Positions 63,841 to 64,000 of a stretch of DNA of 64,000 bases are shown one piece after another. Below the pieces are notes generated by a model that ran no database searches, was not told the DNA's origin, and was given only the letters and a program-made list of their open reading frames with translations. How positions within the stretch are numbered: position 1 is the stretch's first letter; every line of letters starts with the position of its first letter. The DNA comes from an uncultured Spirochaetota bacterium (GTDB lineage: Bacteria; Spirochaetota; Spirochaetia; SZUA-6; Fen-1364). The position numbers were made by a program, and so were the translations under genes. The stretch is taken from positions 160,627 through 224,626 of the forward strand of contig CAWAHW010000003.1 of NCBI GenBank assembly GCA_963781885.1, given 5' to 3'.

Positions 63841-64000
63841 ATGGGGGAGGAACCGGTCATCTTGCCTGCGGATGTCCAGGGGCTTCAGCAACTGGTTGTC
63901 CGCCTTCAGAATGAAGTCTCTTTCCTCAGCAGCAGAGCCACTGTGTTGGAGGAAGAGCTGAGGCTTCTTCGCCACAAGATCTTCGGCCGTCGAAGCGAAC
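63841..64000 (+). CDS. tnpC: IS66 transposase TnpC, N-terminus (runs out of window)
   Basis: Manual translation LPADVQGLQQLV...LEEELRLLRHKIFGRRSE. Confidence 0.88.
   Translation, partial: MGEEPVILPADVQGLQQLVVRLQNEVSFLSSRATVLEEELRLLRHKIFGRRSE

Larger units (their letters stand above)
63053..64000 (+). mobile_element. IS66 family element (left part)
   Basis: Left-end-like GTAAACGCTAAATAAACCGCACC followed by tnpA-tnpB-tnpC. Confidence 0.88.

Overview
GC-rich bacterial window, probably Spirochaetia judging by the integrase and gene styles (inference). Many single-base frameshifts in homopolymers suggest an imperfectly polished long-read assembly. 1-27 kb holds carbohydrate catabolism: a sugar ABC transporter, LacI, a P-loop kinase, a sucrose-6F-phosphate-phosphorylase-type GH13_18, a GH4 alpha-galactosidase and GatZ. 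It also holds a secreted TPR-CHAT protease and a cluster of GMC oxidoreductases, ROK kinase, Gfo/Idh/MocA and DeoR beside a YbiW-type glycyl radical enzyme and its activase. 27-50 kb holds redox/metal(loid) genes (arsR-arsP-thioredoxin, Crp, rhodanese), many gene remnants, a sigma70, a heme-c/HAMP adenylate cyclase coupled to cytochrome P460, a MacB-type ABC exporter and a ClC channel. 50.4-64 kb is the most unusual part. Four copies of the 3' half of tRNA-Arg(CCU), flanked by paired 14-bp-period arm-like heptamers at conserved distances, separate three small integrase-less cassettes. Each cassette carries a different toxin-antitoxin module, and one also carries a TOTE primase-helicase. The array lies beside a single tyrosine integrase, giving an integron-like tandem cassette array built from tRNA att sites. 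IS5 and IS66 insertions are also present.
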